From positions 2,144-66,143 of the forward strand of contig JAJRWR010000027.1 in NCBI GenBank assembly GCA_024276695.1: a stretch of 64,000 bases of DNA. Reading direction: 5' to 3'. A program made the position numbers and the translations under genes. Within the stretch, counting starts at the first letter, position 1, and every line of letters starts with the position of its first letter. Below, one piece after another: positions 48,085 through 58,199 of the stretch. Source of the stretch: an archaeon. Its GTDB lineage: Archaea; Thermoproteota; Nitrososphaeria; Nitrososphaerales; Nitrosopumilaceae. The notes below the pieces were generated by a model that was given only the letters and a program-made list of their open reading frames with translations, made no database searches and was not told the origin of the DNA.

Positions 48085-50238
48085 TTATTGAATTTCAAAC
48101 GTTGTTTCTGCATTATTTACTGCATCTGATACTTTAATTGTGTATGTTCCTGGTTCAGTATCTTTGGGAATTATCCATGGCTGATTAATTTCCCCTTCTC
48201 CTGATGAAGGGAATGATAATTCTTCAATTATTTCTCCATCTGCTGTAATAATTTCAATTTCTACTGTCTGTTCTGCTCCAAAAACATGGATGTTAATTGT
48301 CTTGCCAAATCCTGGAATGTCTTGTCCTTCCTCTACTTCCACTGTCATTCCTTCTTGAATTGTTGCAAGAACATTGATTTCTTCATTATCAAAGTTTGAT
48401 CCACTTTTTGCATTTATCATCCATGTGCCTGGAACTGCATCTGATGGAATTCTAAATGATCCTTCCGAAATTTTTCCATTTTTATCTGAAAATGTTTCCT
48501 TATTCTTGATTTCTTCTCCATCTGGATTAATCATGGTTATGGTGAGAAGAATGTTGGCACCTGTATCTCCTAAAATCAACACCGAATCTCCTGGATGATA
48601 ATCTAATTTTGTTGTTTTAATGTCAATTTCTCCAGAACCTGTCTGCAGACCTACTGTGAAAATTTCTGTACTCTGTGCACTGCCTTTACTAATAACTGCT
48701 GTATACACTCCAGATGAGTATCCATCAAGCTGTATTGAATATGTTCCACGTCCATCTGGTTGTAAAGTGATTGGTATTGCATCTCCTTTTGGTTTGTCGG
48801 AAGGATCAACAATTAACAAACTGATAATTTCTGATGCTTTACCTGATATAGTAATTAATGCAGTTTCTCCTTCCTTATAGCTTAATTTGTCAAATTCTAA
48901 ATTAACTGGAATTGTTGGGAGTTGACCTAAACCTGCATAAGTAAATTCTTTCGCTTTTTCTTGTGTTGCAATTAATGTGTATGTACCTTCCAAAGTATTT
49001 TGTGTAGTTTCGAACTCAAACTCTACAAAACCTGCTTCATCCGTTTGTATGATGTCTGATACAATTTCATTTCCTAGAGGATCTTCTATCACTATTTCAA
49101 TTGATTTGTTAGGCAATGCTGTACCATTGAATTTCATGATCTCCCCCGGCTCAAATTTTAAACTACTTGGAATTATGATGATTTTTTTATCTGATTCTAC
49201 TGTCCAATATACAGATGTATCTTCTCTCCCGTCTGAAATAACTCCTCTATATTTGCCGAAGGGTGTATCTAATGGAACTAAGAGTGGTTCTAATTCCCAA
49301 TTTCCTTTACTGTCGCTTTCTGCTGATCTTGTTCTAATTATTTCTCCACTTGGTTCGAAAATATCTATTGTAACTGCACTGTCTGGTTTACCAGTTCCAA
49401 ATATTTCTAAAAAGTCCCCCCTATTGATAACATCTGGAATTCCTTTGATTGTAAGTGGTATATTCTGAGACTCTGGAATTCTATTCTCAACTTCACCAAT
49501 TCTAAGACTTAATTTCTTTTCTTGACCTTCTTTGTCTATTACTTTGAAATTTACTCTATCAGGTTTTTGTTCATTTGAAATTTTCATTGTAGTCATAAAA
49601 TGTCCATTTTCATCTGTTTCAAAAGAACCCAATTTTTTTGAATCAATATAAAAATCAAATTCTTGGGATGATCCAAAATTATCTCCCGTAACTCTGATTG
49701 TTGAACCAACATTTGGTTTCTCTGGAATTATTCTAAATATGGATTCAGATGATATCCCTTCATCTATTATTTCTGAATTTTGATTTGGCTCTGAATTTTT
49801 AACAACTTTTGGTATCTCTTCTGCTATAGTTTTACCAATATCAATTTGAATATTCTTGTTATCTAGAACCTTCCAATTAATACCTGAATTTACTTTGTCA
49901 GTTTTTACTCCAAATTTTACAGATTCTCCAGCCTTGATTGATTCAGAAGATGTGAAAATAATAACTCCTTGAGCATTCTTTTCTCCTACCCATCCTTTTT
50001 CCGTTTTAAATGATTTGAAATTAAAATCACTTCCAAGCCAAATTCTTAAAGTGTTTACTTCTTTGTCTGAATCATTTGTTAATTCTAATACCGTTGTTTC
50101 TTCTAATGCAAAACTTGTAACTGTAATTTCTTTGGCATAAACATTTGATGGAAATGTAATTAATACAATTGAAAATAACAATGCACTTGCAAGGAAAATT
50201 CCTCTAGTAGAGGATCTATTCATGTAATTCAAATTCAA
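48085..50238 (-). CDS. Large exported protein with tandem Ig-like beta-sandwich domains
   Basis: Signal-like N-terminus; repeated G.(T/Y)Y.(L/I/A) and 'G.TI.V.G' segments; acidic. Confidence 0.8.
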   Translation of the reverse strand: MNLNYMNRSSTRGIFLASALLFSIVLITFPSNVYAKEITVTSFALEETTVLELTNDSDKEVNTLRIWLGSDFNFKSFKTEKGWVGEKNAQGVIIFTSSESIKAGESVKFGVKTDKVNSGINWKVLDNKNIQIDIGKTIAEEIPKVVKNSEPNQNSEIIDEGISSESIFRIIPEKPNVGSTIRVTGDNFGSSQEFDFYIDSKKLGSFETDENGHFMTTMKISNEQKPDRVNFKVIDKEGQEKKLSLRIGEVENRIPESQNIPLTIKGIPDVINRGDFLEIFGTGKPDSAVTIDIFEPSGEIIRTRSAESDSKGNWELEPLLVPLDTPFGKYRGVISDGREDTSVYWTVESDKKIIIIPSSLKFEPGEIMKFNGTALPNKSIEIVIEDPLGNEIVSDIIQTDEAGFVEFEFETTQNTLEGTYTLIATQEKAKEFTYAGLGQLPTIPVNLEFDKLSYKEGETALITISGKASEIISLLIVDPSDKPKGDAIPITLQPDGRGTYSIQLDGYSSGVYTAVISKGSAQSTEIFTVGLQTGSGEIDIKTTKLDYHPGDSVLILGDTGANILLTITMINPDGEEIKNKETFSDKNGKISEGSFRIPSDAVPGTWMINAKSGSNFDNEEINVLATIQEGMTVEVEEGQDIPGFGKTINIHVFGAEQTVEIEIITADGEIIEELSFPSSGEGEINQPWIIPKDTEPGTYTIKVSDAVNNAETTFEIQ

Positions 50239-50314
50239 TATCTCTCACTTAAACCTTAAAGAATTTTTCCCGTTTTTCTATTTCTTTGTTGAGTGTTTTT
50301 CATAAGCAAACTTC

Positions 50315-52414
50315 TTAAATCTTGGCCTTGGTCTTTTGGAATTTATCTAAATCTGGTTTTGTGGCAACATTTTGATATTGTCTGATTCGTTCAGCAATTA
50401 GTCTGTACAATGTTCTGAATTGGTCTTTTGTTTTATCTGATAAGAAACTAGCTTCTTCAAGAGTAATTTTCTCACAAATATATCTAGTAATTTCCTCATT
50501 ATCAAATTCTTCCCAATCATCATCTCTATGTTCTTCCCATATCTTCTTCAATTTTTCTAAAATCCCGTCACCTTCTTTAGATATGACATCTTGAGGTGTA
50601 AGATTTGAATATCCCTCTTGTCTTAGTTTGATTTCATAAGTTTGGTTAACTGGGTATAAATAATCTTCAAGAGCAATATAATCTTCAATTGATTCTAGTT
50701 TTTTACCTTCCCTTTCAAAAAATATTGTTTGAATCGATGAAAATTCATTTGAAACTAGTTGTGCAGAAATTTGCTTAGATTCATCAGAATTGTCCAATAA
50801 AACAAATGTTCTATATCCATGATTTCTGTAAAATATTGCTAAAGGTAACACTGAATTTTTGTTATATGCGGCAATCACATTAAGTGGATTCATTGAAATA
50901 TTTGGATCTTGTAAGAATTTATCAAATGCATTAAGATACATTGCATCAGACATTGTTTCAACTATGATTATTGGTCTTGAGTTTGTTCCTATTTCCCTAT
51001 CAACAATTGACTCCACTTGACCTCTACACAACCCATACAAGATTGGCGTCAACGTCTTATCATCTGCATTCCAATAATCATAAAATATTCTACTGAGATG
51101 TTTTCGCTTATCTAGTTCTACAACAAGTAAGTTACCTGGTGTATAATCAAATATCATAAATGGTGAATGTGTTGCATACAAAACTTGATTTGATCCGGCT
51201 AAATTTTTCAGCAAATCTGAAATTCCCATTTGTTGTGTTGGATGAAGATTTCTTGCAGGTTCATCTAAAAGTAATATCGCTTCTTTTAATTCTGCTCTTT
51301 GCGTTTCAGCTGCAAAGTTTACAATAAATGAAAATGTCCATTTGAAGCCTTCTGCTCTTCTATTTAGTAATCCTGTGTTTGTAATAGTTACATCTTTGTG
51401 AACATCTGAAATTACAACACTCATTATGTTGCCTGGATTATATCTCAAGTCAACATGGATTGGGTCTCCTTTCCATGCGGGATTTAATTTCTTAGTTAAT
51501 CTATTACTTGCAGCATTAAGAAGTTTGATACATTTTGAGGGACTTTCTTTCACCTCATCCAATTCTTTAATGTCTAGTTCTGCTAGATAGAATAGATTTC
51601 TAACTGTCTCTGCCTTGTCAAACTCTTCAATAAATTCAATTGAATCTTGACGATCTCCCTTTTCTTCTCTCAAGTATTCGTTGAGATTGATATTGCCATA
51701 GATTTTTTTATAATCTGAAAAATAAACAAATCGTGGATGTAATTCTGAAGCAATAAAATTCATCAATGCAGTTTTTTCACTTTCACCACTTAGTAAATTT
51801 GAAAATTGATTTTCAGGACTTTCATAGATTTTTTCCCACTCTTCAATAACTTTAGGTTCTTGAATTGCTATGACATGAAATTGATTGCTGAATTCTGCCA
51901 TTCCACTATCAAATGTCTCTTGATTTTTTGGAACATCTTCTTCAAAGAACTTTGTATCAATTTGTATTCTTAGATGATTTGGGATTGTATCTAAAAATCC
52001 AAAAATCTGCCTTGAAAAATTTTCCCATGAATTAAGCCCTTTGCTTTCCTCTTCACTAAGTTTGATATCTTCAAATTCGTACTGAACTCTAGGATTCTCA
52101 TTTGTTCTAAATAATTTGATTTTTTTAATATCTGGTAACCCTGGAAATTTTTCTTTGATTATATTAATTTCATGTTGACTTAATTCAAATTCCCCTTCGG
52201 CTAATCTCATCTCTTCTTTTAACTCTTCATTCATCTCATCGCATAGATCTAATTCTGAAAGCTGCTCATCTCTATTCAATAACGTCAATGCTTGAAGAAT
52301 TGTAGTTTTTCCACTTTCATTTCTTCCTACAAAAGCTGCTAAATCTCCAACTGTTATTTCTCCAGAATCATGAATGCAACGATATGCTCTAACTCTGAAT
52401 TTTCTAAGTCGCAT
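50315..52414 (-). CDS. OLD-family-like ABC ATPase with C-terminal TOPRIM-like domain
   Basis: YRCIHD, VGRNESGKTT (Walker A), LLLDEP...LHP..Q, ATHSP, IIVET.SD..YL. Confidence 0.85.
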   Translation of the reverse strand: MRLRKFRVRAYRCIHDSGEITVGDLAAFVGRNESGKTTILQALTLLNRDEQLSELDLCDEMNEELKEEMRLAEGEFELSQHEINIIKEKFPGLPDIKKIKLFRTNENPRVQYEFEDIKLSEEESKGLNSWENFSRQIFGFLDTIPNHLRIQIDTKFFEEDVPKNQETFDSGMAEFSNQFHVIAIQEPKVIEEWEKIYESPENQFSNLLSGESEKTALMNFIASELHPRFVYFSDYKKIYGNINLNEYLREEKGDRQDSIEFIEEFDKAETVRNLFYLAELDIKELDEVKESPSKCIKLLNAASNRLTKKLNPAWKGDPIHVDLRYNPGNIMSVVISDVHKDVTITNTGLLNRRAEGFKWTFSFIVNFAAETQRAELKEAILLLDEPARNLHPTQQMGISDLLKNLAGSNQVLYATHSPFMIFDYTPGNLLVVELDKRKHLSRIFYDYWNADDKTLTPILYGLCRGQVESIVDREIGTNSRPIIIVETMSDAMYLNAFDKFLQDPNISMNPLNVIAAYNKNSVLPLAIFYRNHGYRTFVLLDNSDESKQISAQLVSNEFSSIQTIFFEREGKKLESIEDYIALEDYLYPVNQTYEIKLRQEGYSNLTPQDVISKEGDGILEKLKKIWEEHRDDDWEEFDNEEITRYICEKITLEEASFLSDKTKDQFRTLYRLIAERIRQYQNVATKPDLDKFQKTKAKI

Positions 52415-52518
52415 CTAGCGATATTTAGTTGGCTACGATTTAACTCATTCGTCAAATTGATCTTGACCTTTGAAATTTTGCTAAATAGATATAAGGGAAT
52501 TGTAGATTTTAAAACGAA

Positions 52519-52983
52519 ATGGCTACTAAACATGTTTTAATCGTATTTGTTTTACCTGTAATTTTCTCAATAATATTTGGTTCTGCAGTATTATCTGATA
52601 TTCTTCAAAAACCTGATAGGGAATTAAACATATGGCCTATGTCTTATTCTGAAATAGGTTCACGTTATAATGTCCCTATTGAAATGATTGGATTGTCTAA
52701 ACAATACACTACTTCAGAACCTGTTGAAATTCAAGTTAAAGTTGATGATTCATCATTCAGTTGTGGGGATCTGTATATTACGATTTATTCTTCTGTAAAA
52801 GATGACGTAATCACACAGAGTGGATTCTTTGAACAGTGTTTTGAATCTGGAAGTAAAACTATTCCTGTTGGAGACACATTTTCTGAGGTGATTTCCACTC
52901 CTGGTTCATATGAAATAGTCGTAGAAATGGTCTCAAGACAACTAAAGAACATCTCCACAAAAGGAACTTTTACTGTTAAATAG
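52519..52983 (+). CDS. Hypothetical membrane-anchored Ig-like protein
   Basis: N-terminal TM; CGDL...QCF; PGSYEIV. Confidence 0.75.
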   Translation: MATKHVLIVFVLPVIFSIIFGSAVLSDILQKPDRELNIWPMSYSEIGSRYNVPIEMIGLSKQYTTSEPVEIQVKVDDSSFSCGDLYITIYSSVKDDVITQSGFFEQCFESGSKTIPVGDTFSEVISTPGSYEIVVEMVSRQLKNISTKGTFTVK

Positions 52984-53032
52984 GAATTAAATACTGATTG
53001 ATAAATATGAAATTAAAAATTAAGGTGATTTG

Positions 53033-53743
53033 ATGGCAAAGAAAAAAGATTCTCTGATTGAAGAAGCAGAAAAAATTAAAGCTGATCTTGATAAATTAAA
53101 AAAGAAAACAGAAGCTAAACCTGCAAAGAAAACAGCAAAGAAAACAGAAGCTAAACCTGCAAAGAAAACAGCAAAGAAAACAGAATCTAAACCTGCAAAG
53201 AAAACAGCAAAGAAAACAGAATCTAAACCTGCAAAGAAAACAGAAAAACCAGTAAAAGTAAAAAAATTAACTAAAAAAGAATTAGAAGAAGCTAAAAGAA
53301 TAGAGGAATTAACTCTTGAAGAAGAATTGGAAGAACAACTATCTGATGAAGAAATTGAAAATTTCCAAATAGAAAAAGTCGATATGGAAAGATTGACAAA
53401 CAAAGTTTGTGATATTTTAGCCGAGAAAGAATCTGATGGAATGTTCCAAGGTGAATTATGGAAAAAACTTAAACTTACAAATCAAATTGGTTCTCGTTTA
53501 GCATTAAAACTTGAAAGAATGGGTACGATTACAAGAGAAAAACTTCTTGAGAATAATCGTTGGACTTACAAATTAATTTTAAAGAAAACTCCAATTAGTA
53601 CTCAATCAATTGAAAATGCACCATGTTTAGTTTGTCCTGTAGAACAGAAATGTTCACTTGAAGGTGAGATTAGTCCTAGAAACTGTCAATTCATTGAGGA
53701 TTGGGTGATTGCTGAATTGAAAAAACCTGTGAAGGCTAAATGA
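53033..53743 (+). CDS. TFEbeta / RPC34-like protein (wHTH + Cys cluster) with histone-H1-like N-terminal repeats
   Basis: wHTH GMFQGELWKKL...GSRLA.KLE..G.I.R; C-terminal PCLVCP...C......P.NC..IEDW. Confidence 0.8.
   Translation: MAKKKDSLIEEAEKIKADLDKLKKKTEAKPAKKTAKKTEAKPAKKTAKKTESKPAKKTAKKTESKPAKKTEKPVKVKKLTKKELEEAKRIEELTLEEELEEQLSDEEIENFQIEKVDMERLTNKVCDILAEKESDGMFQGELWKKLKLTNQIGSRLALKLERMGTITREKLLENNRWTYKLILKKTPISTQSIENAPCLVCPVEQKCSLEGEISPRNCQFIEDWVIAELKKPVKAK
53102..53245 (+). repeat. Tandem repeat, 4 x 36 bp (KKTE[A/S]KPAKKTA)
   Basis: Unit AAGAAAACAGAA(G/T)CTAAACCTGCAAAGAAAACAGCA, near-identical at DNA level. Confidence 0.95.
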
Positions 53744-54333
53744 AATTAGCAGACGCACGTAAAGATCACTATCGTAGATTAGCTCACGAGCAGGGTTTTA
53801 GAAGTAGAGCTGCATTCAAACTACAAGAATTGAATAGATCCTATCGTCTCATAGGGCCCGGTTTTAACGTGCTAGATCTTGGATGTGCTCCTGGTGGCTG
53901 GACTCAAATGGCTATGAAATTAGTTGGAAATCAAGGAAAAGTCATGGGAATTGATTTATCTTATGTTGAAGAAATTCCTGGTGCTCATATAATCAGAGAA
54001 AATATTGAAGATGAACATGTTGTTGATGAAGTAATGTCTTATTTTGGGCGTAAAGTTAACGCTGTAATATGTGATCTTTCCCCTCAAGTTAGTGGAAATT
54101 GGTCTGTAGATCATGCTAAACAAATTTCACTAAATTATGATTGCACAAAAATTATGGATAAGGTTTTGGCACATAAAGGAAATGCTGTCTTCAAAGTTTT
54201 TGACGGTGAATTCTCAATGGAATTTAGAGATTACATCAAGAAAAAATTCTCTAGAATCAATCTTACAAAACCTAGTGCTAGTAGAAAACAAAGTAGTGAA
54301 TTATATCTTGTATGTTTAGGTTTTATTGGATAG
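53740..54333 (+). CDS. rlmE: 23S rRNA 2'-O-methyltransferase RlmE/FtsJ
   Basis: FRSRAAFKL, VLDLGCAPGGW, ICDLSP, KVF.G, KP.ASR..SSE.Y. Confidence 0.95.
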   Translation: MKLADARKDHYRRLAHEQGFRSRAAFKLQELNRSYRLIGPGFNVLDLGCAPGGWTQMAMKLVGNQGKVMGIDLSYVEEIPGAHIIRENIEDEHVVDEVMSYFGRKVNAVICDLSPQVSGNWSVDHAKQISLNYDCTKIMDKVLAHKGNAVFKVFDGEFSMEFRDYIKKKFSRINLTKPSASRKQSSELYLVCLGFIG

Positions 54334-55471
54334 TTTCAAAAATTTTCATTATTTCTTTAATGTTGGCATTTGTCCTAAACCCTGTTGGACTAAATGCTGT
54401 AATGCTTGATCTAAACCCATTTTCTTTTAAATTTGAAATTACTTTTTCTAATTTTGGTGGTGATGATTTCATTAAAGATGCAATTTCATCAACTGTAAAA
54501 TAAGTTCCTGGCATTTCTGCCTCTTCTAGGCATTTAAGAAGTATTTTTTCACAAATTTTATCCGTTTCTAATTTGGAATTTTCTTCTAACATACTTCCAA
54601 CAAATTCTTTATCTAAAATATTTCCAATCCATAATGGCCCTGATGTGCTGATTTTTGATTTACATAGTTCACATTCTTGTTCTTGTTCTGATGTAATTTT
54701 TCTATGACCACAATTTTTACAATGTAAAATGTATCCTAGATTCTCTTGTTGATCTGGTCTATTGAGAACTTTGACATATGTTCTATAGTAGTGCATTTCA
54801 CTTTCAACAAACATAGGAATAATAGTTATACCTAGTCTTGCTGCTACCGCTCTAAGAGATCCCAAAATCAACCTAATTGCAATTTCATTTCCGTATTCTG
54901 TTCTAACTGGAACCCCTCCATACTTTCTCTTACATGCAGGTTGAAAGAGACCATTCAAAACTTGAAGGTCTGTAGCTGCTGATGATAGTATGCCTCCATG
55001 CATAGTTGCTCTAATTCCACAGTCAAAAAATGCTGCAGGTGATCCAAAAGGATCTATGTCTACAATTGAACCTCTTTCTCCTTTTTTTGAATAATTACTA
55101 AAAAATCTACATACTTCTTTTTCAGAAAATTCTATATTTTTTATATCATTTAGATTTGCAGAATATTCTGCCATTTTGAGTGCAGAAGGATTTAGATCAT
55201 TAATTACAATCTTTTCAACATCTAATTCATTTGCAACTCGTAATCCTCTAGACCCTATTCCTGAAAGTCCCTCTAAGAAAATTTTTGGACCTTGAAATTT
55301 GTTAAGAAAAGCAGAATATGCAATAATGGAAAAATCTCTGTTTAGTTTTGCTTTTGGATTAAAAAATGCTGGTTTCATTGGAGGAACTTTATCTATGATT
55401 GATTTTTTTGGGACTAGAAGTTTTGTTTTCCCTTCAATTATTTCTTGAAAAGTTTCGTCTGGAAATTCCAA
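54323..55471 (-). CDS. trm1: tRNA (guanine26-N2)-dimethyltransferase
   Basis: FFNP...LNRD, LSGIGSRGLR, DIDPFGSP, SAATD, CxxC...CxxC, GPLWIG; TTG at 55471 preferred. Confidence 0.93.
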   Translation of the reverse strand: MEFPDETFQEIIEGKTKLLVPKKSIIDKVPPMKPAFFNPKAKLNRDFSIIAYSAFLNKFQGPKIFLEGLSGIGSRGLRVANELDVEKIVINDLNPSALKMAEYSANLNDIKNIEFSEKEVCRFFSNYSKKGERGSIVDIDPFGSPAAFFDCGIRATMHGGILSSAATDLQVLNGLFQPACKRKYGGVPVRTEYGNEIAIRLILGSLRAVAARLGITIIPMFVESEMHYYRTYVKVLNRPDQQENLGYILHCKNCGHRKITSEQEQECELCKSKISTSGPLWIGNILDKEFVGSMLEENSKLETDKICEKILLKCLEEAEMPGTYFTVDEIASLMKSSPPKLEKVISNLKENGFRSSITAFSPTGFRTNANIKEIMKIFETIQ

Positions 55472-55531
55472 TTGTTTTTCAATTCTTCTAAACGTATAAT
55501 GGTTTAATACTTGTGTTTTAAAACACAATTC

Positions 55532-56152
55532 GTGCAAATTTGTGGTATTGATGATGCTGGACGTGGTCCTATGTTGGGACCCTTGGTGATAGCTGGAATA
55601 TCCTTAGATAAAAAAAATGTAAAAAAATTAAGTGCTTTAGGTGTAAAAGATTCAAAAAAACTCACTCCTAAATCACGAGAACATCTCTACAAAAAAATTA
55701 TTGAAATTGTAGATGATTATTATGTTGCAAAAATTTCCCCTAAATCAATTGATGCCAGTGTAAAAAAACATTGTCTAAATGGGTTGGAGGCAAAATATAT
55801 GGCAAAAGTTGTTTCAAAATTAAATCCCGATGTTTCATATGTTGATTCATGTGATGTCGATCCAACTAGATTTGGAAAAGAAATTTCTAAACTATCTGAC
55901 AATCATAAGATCAAATCATATCATCGTGCAGATAGTAGATTTGTTGTAGTGTCTGCCGCATCCATTCTTGCTAAAGTGACTAGGGATAGGGTAATCCTGA
56001 AATTAAGAAAAGATCATAATTTGGGCAGCGGTTATCCGTCAGATTCTGTAACTGTGAAATTTGTAAAGAAATATTATAAAAAAAATCATGAGATGCCTAA
56101 ATTCGTGCGTAAAAGTTGGCAACCTGTTCAGAAAATAATTGAAAATAACTAA
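55532..56152 (+). CDS. rnhB: Ribonuclease HII
   Basis: GIDDAGRGPMLGP, KDSKKL, VSAASILAKV.RD, GSGYPSD; GTG at 55532. Confidence 0.95.
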   Translation: MQICGIDDAGRGPMLGPLVIAGISLDKKNVKKLSALGVKDSKKLTPKSREHLYKKIIEIVDDYYVAKISPKSIDASVKKHCLNGLEAKYMAKVVSKLNPDVSYVDSCDVDPTRFGKEISKLSDNHKIKSYHRADSRFVVVSAASILAKVTRDRVILKLRKDHNLGSGYPSDSVTVKFVKKYYKKNHEMPKFVRKSWQPVQKIIENN

Positions 56153-56859
56153 TCTTTGAACTTTGAAATCGCCATTGCGTGATCCTTGTCATAAGGATGC
56201 AAATCAATAGTCTGTAAAACATCAAACCTTGGTTTTAATTTCTCTATTTCTTCCTCAACAATTCTTTTTGGTGATTTTGTAACATCAATACTTCTAGTTT
56301 TGATAACCAAAAAGAAATAACCTCCTTTTTTTAGAAACATTTCACAATTATCAATTGCGATTTGTGTTTGATCTGGTTGTGCAATATCTACATACACGAC
56401 ATCCACTTTTCCAAACACTGAAAAATACTCTTTTGGTTTTCTTGCATCTTGTAAAATTGGAATTATGTTTTTTCTATATGTTGCAACTCGATCTAGGAAA
56501 TCTCTTGCTACTCTACTTGCATGTTCTACTGCAAAAACCATCCCGCTAGATCCTACAATATCCGATATGTGACTAACTGTGGTCCCAGTAGATGCTCCTA
56601 AATACAGAACCGTACTTTTATTTTCAAAAGGAAAATAATTAAGATCATTCATAATCGCTGCAGCTAATTTACTTCTAAATGGATCCCATAGTCTGTATTC
56701 AGTATTTTTTTTAATGATTAATTTTTCTTTGTAAACTTGATTCCCTGGAATCATATTCTCAGTGGCTAGTTTTTTTTGTCCTTCTGATTTTATCCAAAAA
56801 AATGTTTTATTATCTTCTTCCAAACTTTTTTCTCTTTTTATTTGAGTCTGATCTTTCAT
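56149..56859 (-). CDS. flpA: Fibrillarin (box C/D rRNA methyltransferase)
   Basis: YRLWDPFRSKLAA, LYLGASTGTTVSH, DIAQPDQ. Confidence 0.96.
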   Translation of the reverse strand: MKDQTQIKREKSLEEDNKTFFWIKSEGQKKLATENMIPGNQVYKEKLIIKKNTEYRLWDPFRSKLAAAIMNDLNYFPFENKSTVLYLGASTGTTVSHISDIVGSSGMVFAVEHASRVARDFLDRVATYRKNIIPILQDARKPKEYFSVFGKVDVVYVDIAQPDQTQIAIDNCEMFLKKGGYFFLVIKTRSIDVTKSPKRIVEEEIEKLKPRFDVLQTIDLHPYDKDHAMAISKFKD

Positions 56860-58114
56860 TGTACCTTCCACCTTCTCTTCTATCTACACCTTCATCTCTT
56901 CTTGGTCTATCTCTAAAGTTTCCACCTTCTCTACGGCCTCTTCTTCTTCTATCTACACCTTCTCTTCTAAATGATGGAGGTGGTTTCACATCTTTTTCTG
57001 TAGGATTTTCATATTTTTTACCTATTTCATCAACTCTAATGTTGAGTTTTTCAAGTAAAGTTTGGTTTAATCCTTCTCCGTAAACATCAACCCTTGCAGC
57101 AATGACTGCTTTTGCAGCAACTGCACGAGCAATTTTTCCTCTTTGCCATCTAGGAGCCGCATGAACCATTGCATGTTGGAATAACAATCCGTGTTTTGGA
57201 GGTTGAGAACCTGTCTTTAATGATCTAAATAATGCTTTTTCAGCTCCTAAAACTTGTATTGTACTAGCCGGAAGTGATGCCATTTTTTTAAGACTACCAG
57301 CTCTTCCTAAAATTCTTGCACCAACTGCAGTTCCAAGAATTGCCGAAAGATTTGGAGCGATTTCCTGCATTTCTGTTTCAACATGCTCTTCAAGTTTTTT
57401 ACGTAATTCATGAAAATCTAAAACTTGTTTAGCAATTGATTGTACAATTGCTAAATTGATATCTGAAATATCGCCACCTCTACTTTTTGATGAAATTAAT
57501 GATAACATCTCAACTTTTGATTCTGGAAAACCTGCTTCTTCAAAAACTTGTTTAGTTAATGATTCTCGTTTTCCTGCCATTACAATTTGAGCATATCCAT
57601 TAATACTATCAATTATGTTATCCAATTCTGGAAAATGTAATCCATACCATTCTCTAAGTCTTGAACTTAATCCATTTGCAATCTTGTCAATTTCATCTAG
57701 AGAATTAATTGCTTGAATAATGTGAAGATCTGGACTTTGTGACACTTCGGTAACTTTTGAAGATGATAATCCAAGGGCAAACTCTCTAAGTTTTCCAAGT
57801 GTATCTTGCAGATTTGAAGCAAAACCTGAATCAACAATAATTTGTGGTTTTGTTGCTTGAATACTGTCTAATTCTGAAGAATCCATAAGATGACAATCAA
57901 TAGAATATTTTTTTAGAATTGCAAGCAACGATTCGTCACTTACAGAAAATCCTCTTTGAGTGGATGCTAAATAATTTACAAGCTCATTTAATTTTGATTC
58001 CTTATTTTTTACCAAAAGATATTCTTTAACGGGATTTGAGAAAGCAAATACTTTGTCGAGTTTTCCGTCATTGAAAACTGAAATTCCCAGCTCTGTTAAA
58101 ATCACAGAATACAT
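56810..58114 (-). CDS. nop5: Nop5 (Nop56/58)
   Basis: LREWYGLHFPEL, PASTIQVLGAEKALF, PKHG..FQ, RGKIAR. Confidence 0.96.
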   Translation of the reverse strand: MYSVILTELGISVFNDGKLDKVFAFSNPVKEYLLVKNKESKLNELVNYLASTQRGFSVSDESLLAILKKYSIDCHLMDSSELDSIQATKPQIIVDSGFASNLQDTLGKLREFALGLSSSKVTEVSQSPDLHIIQAINSLDEIDKIANGLSSRLREWYGLHFPELDNIIDSINGYAQIVMAGKRESLTKQVFEEAGFPESKVEMLSLISSKSRGGDISDINLAIVQSIAKQVLDFHELRKKLEEHVETEMQEIAPNLSAILGTAVGARILGRAGSLKKMASLPASTIQVLGAEKALFRSLKTGSQPPKHGLLFQHAMVHAAPRWQRGKIARAVAAKAVIAARVDVYGEGLNQTLLEKLNIRVDEIGKKYENPTEKDVKPPPSFRREGVDRRRRGRREGGNFRDRPRRDEGVDRREGGRYNERSDSNKKRKKFGRR

Positions 58115-58199
58115 GACTAGTTGATTCTAAATCACCTTTAAAAACGGTACCAGAATCAAGAATCAACTGTTATATTCGAAACTAAGTTAATGAATCAAA

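Noticed and set aside
53102-53245. CRISPR-like array
   Set aside because: Contiguous in-frame 36-bp units with no unique spacers and no cas genes; it is a coding tandem repeat.
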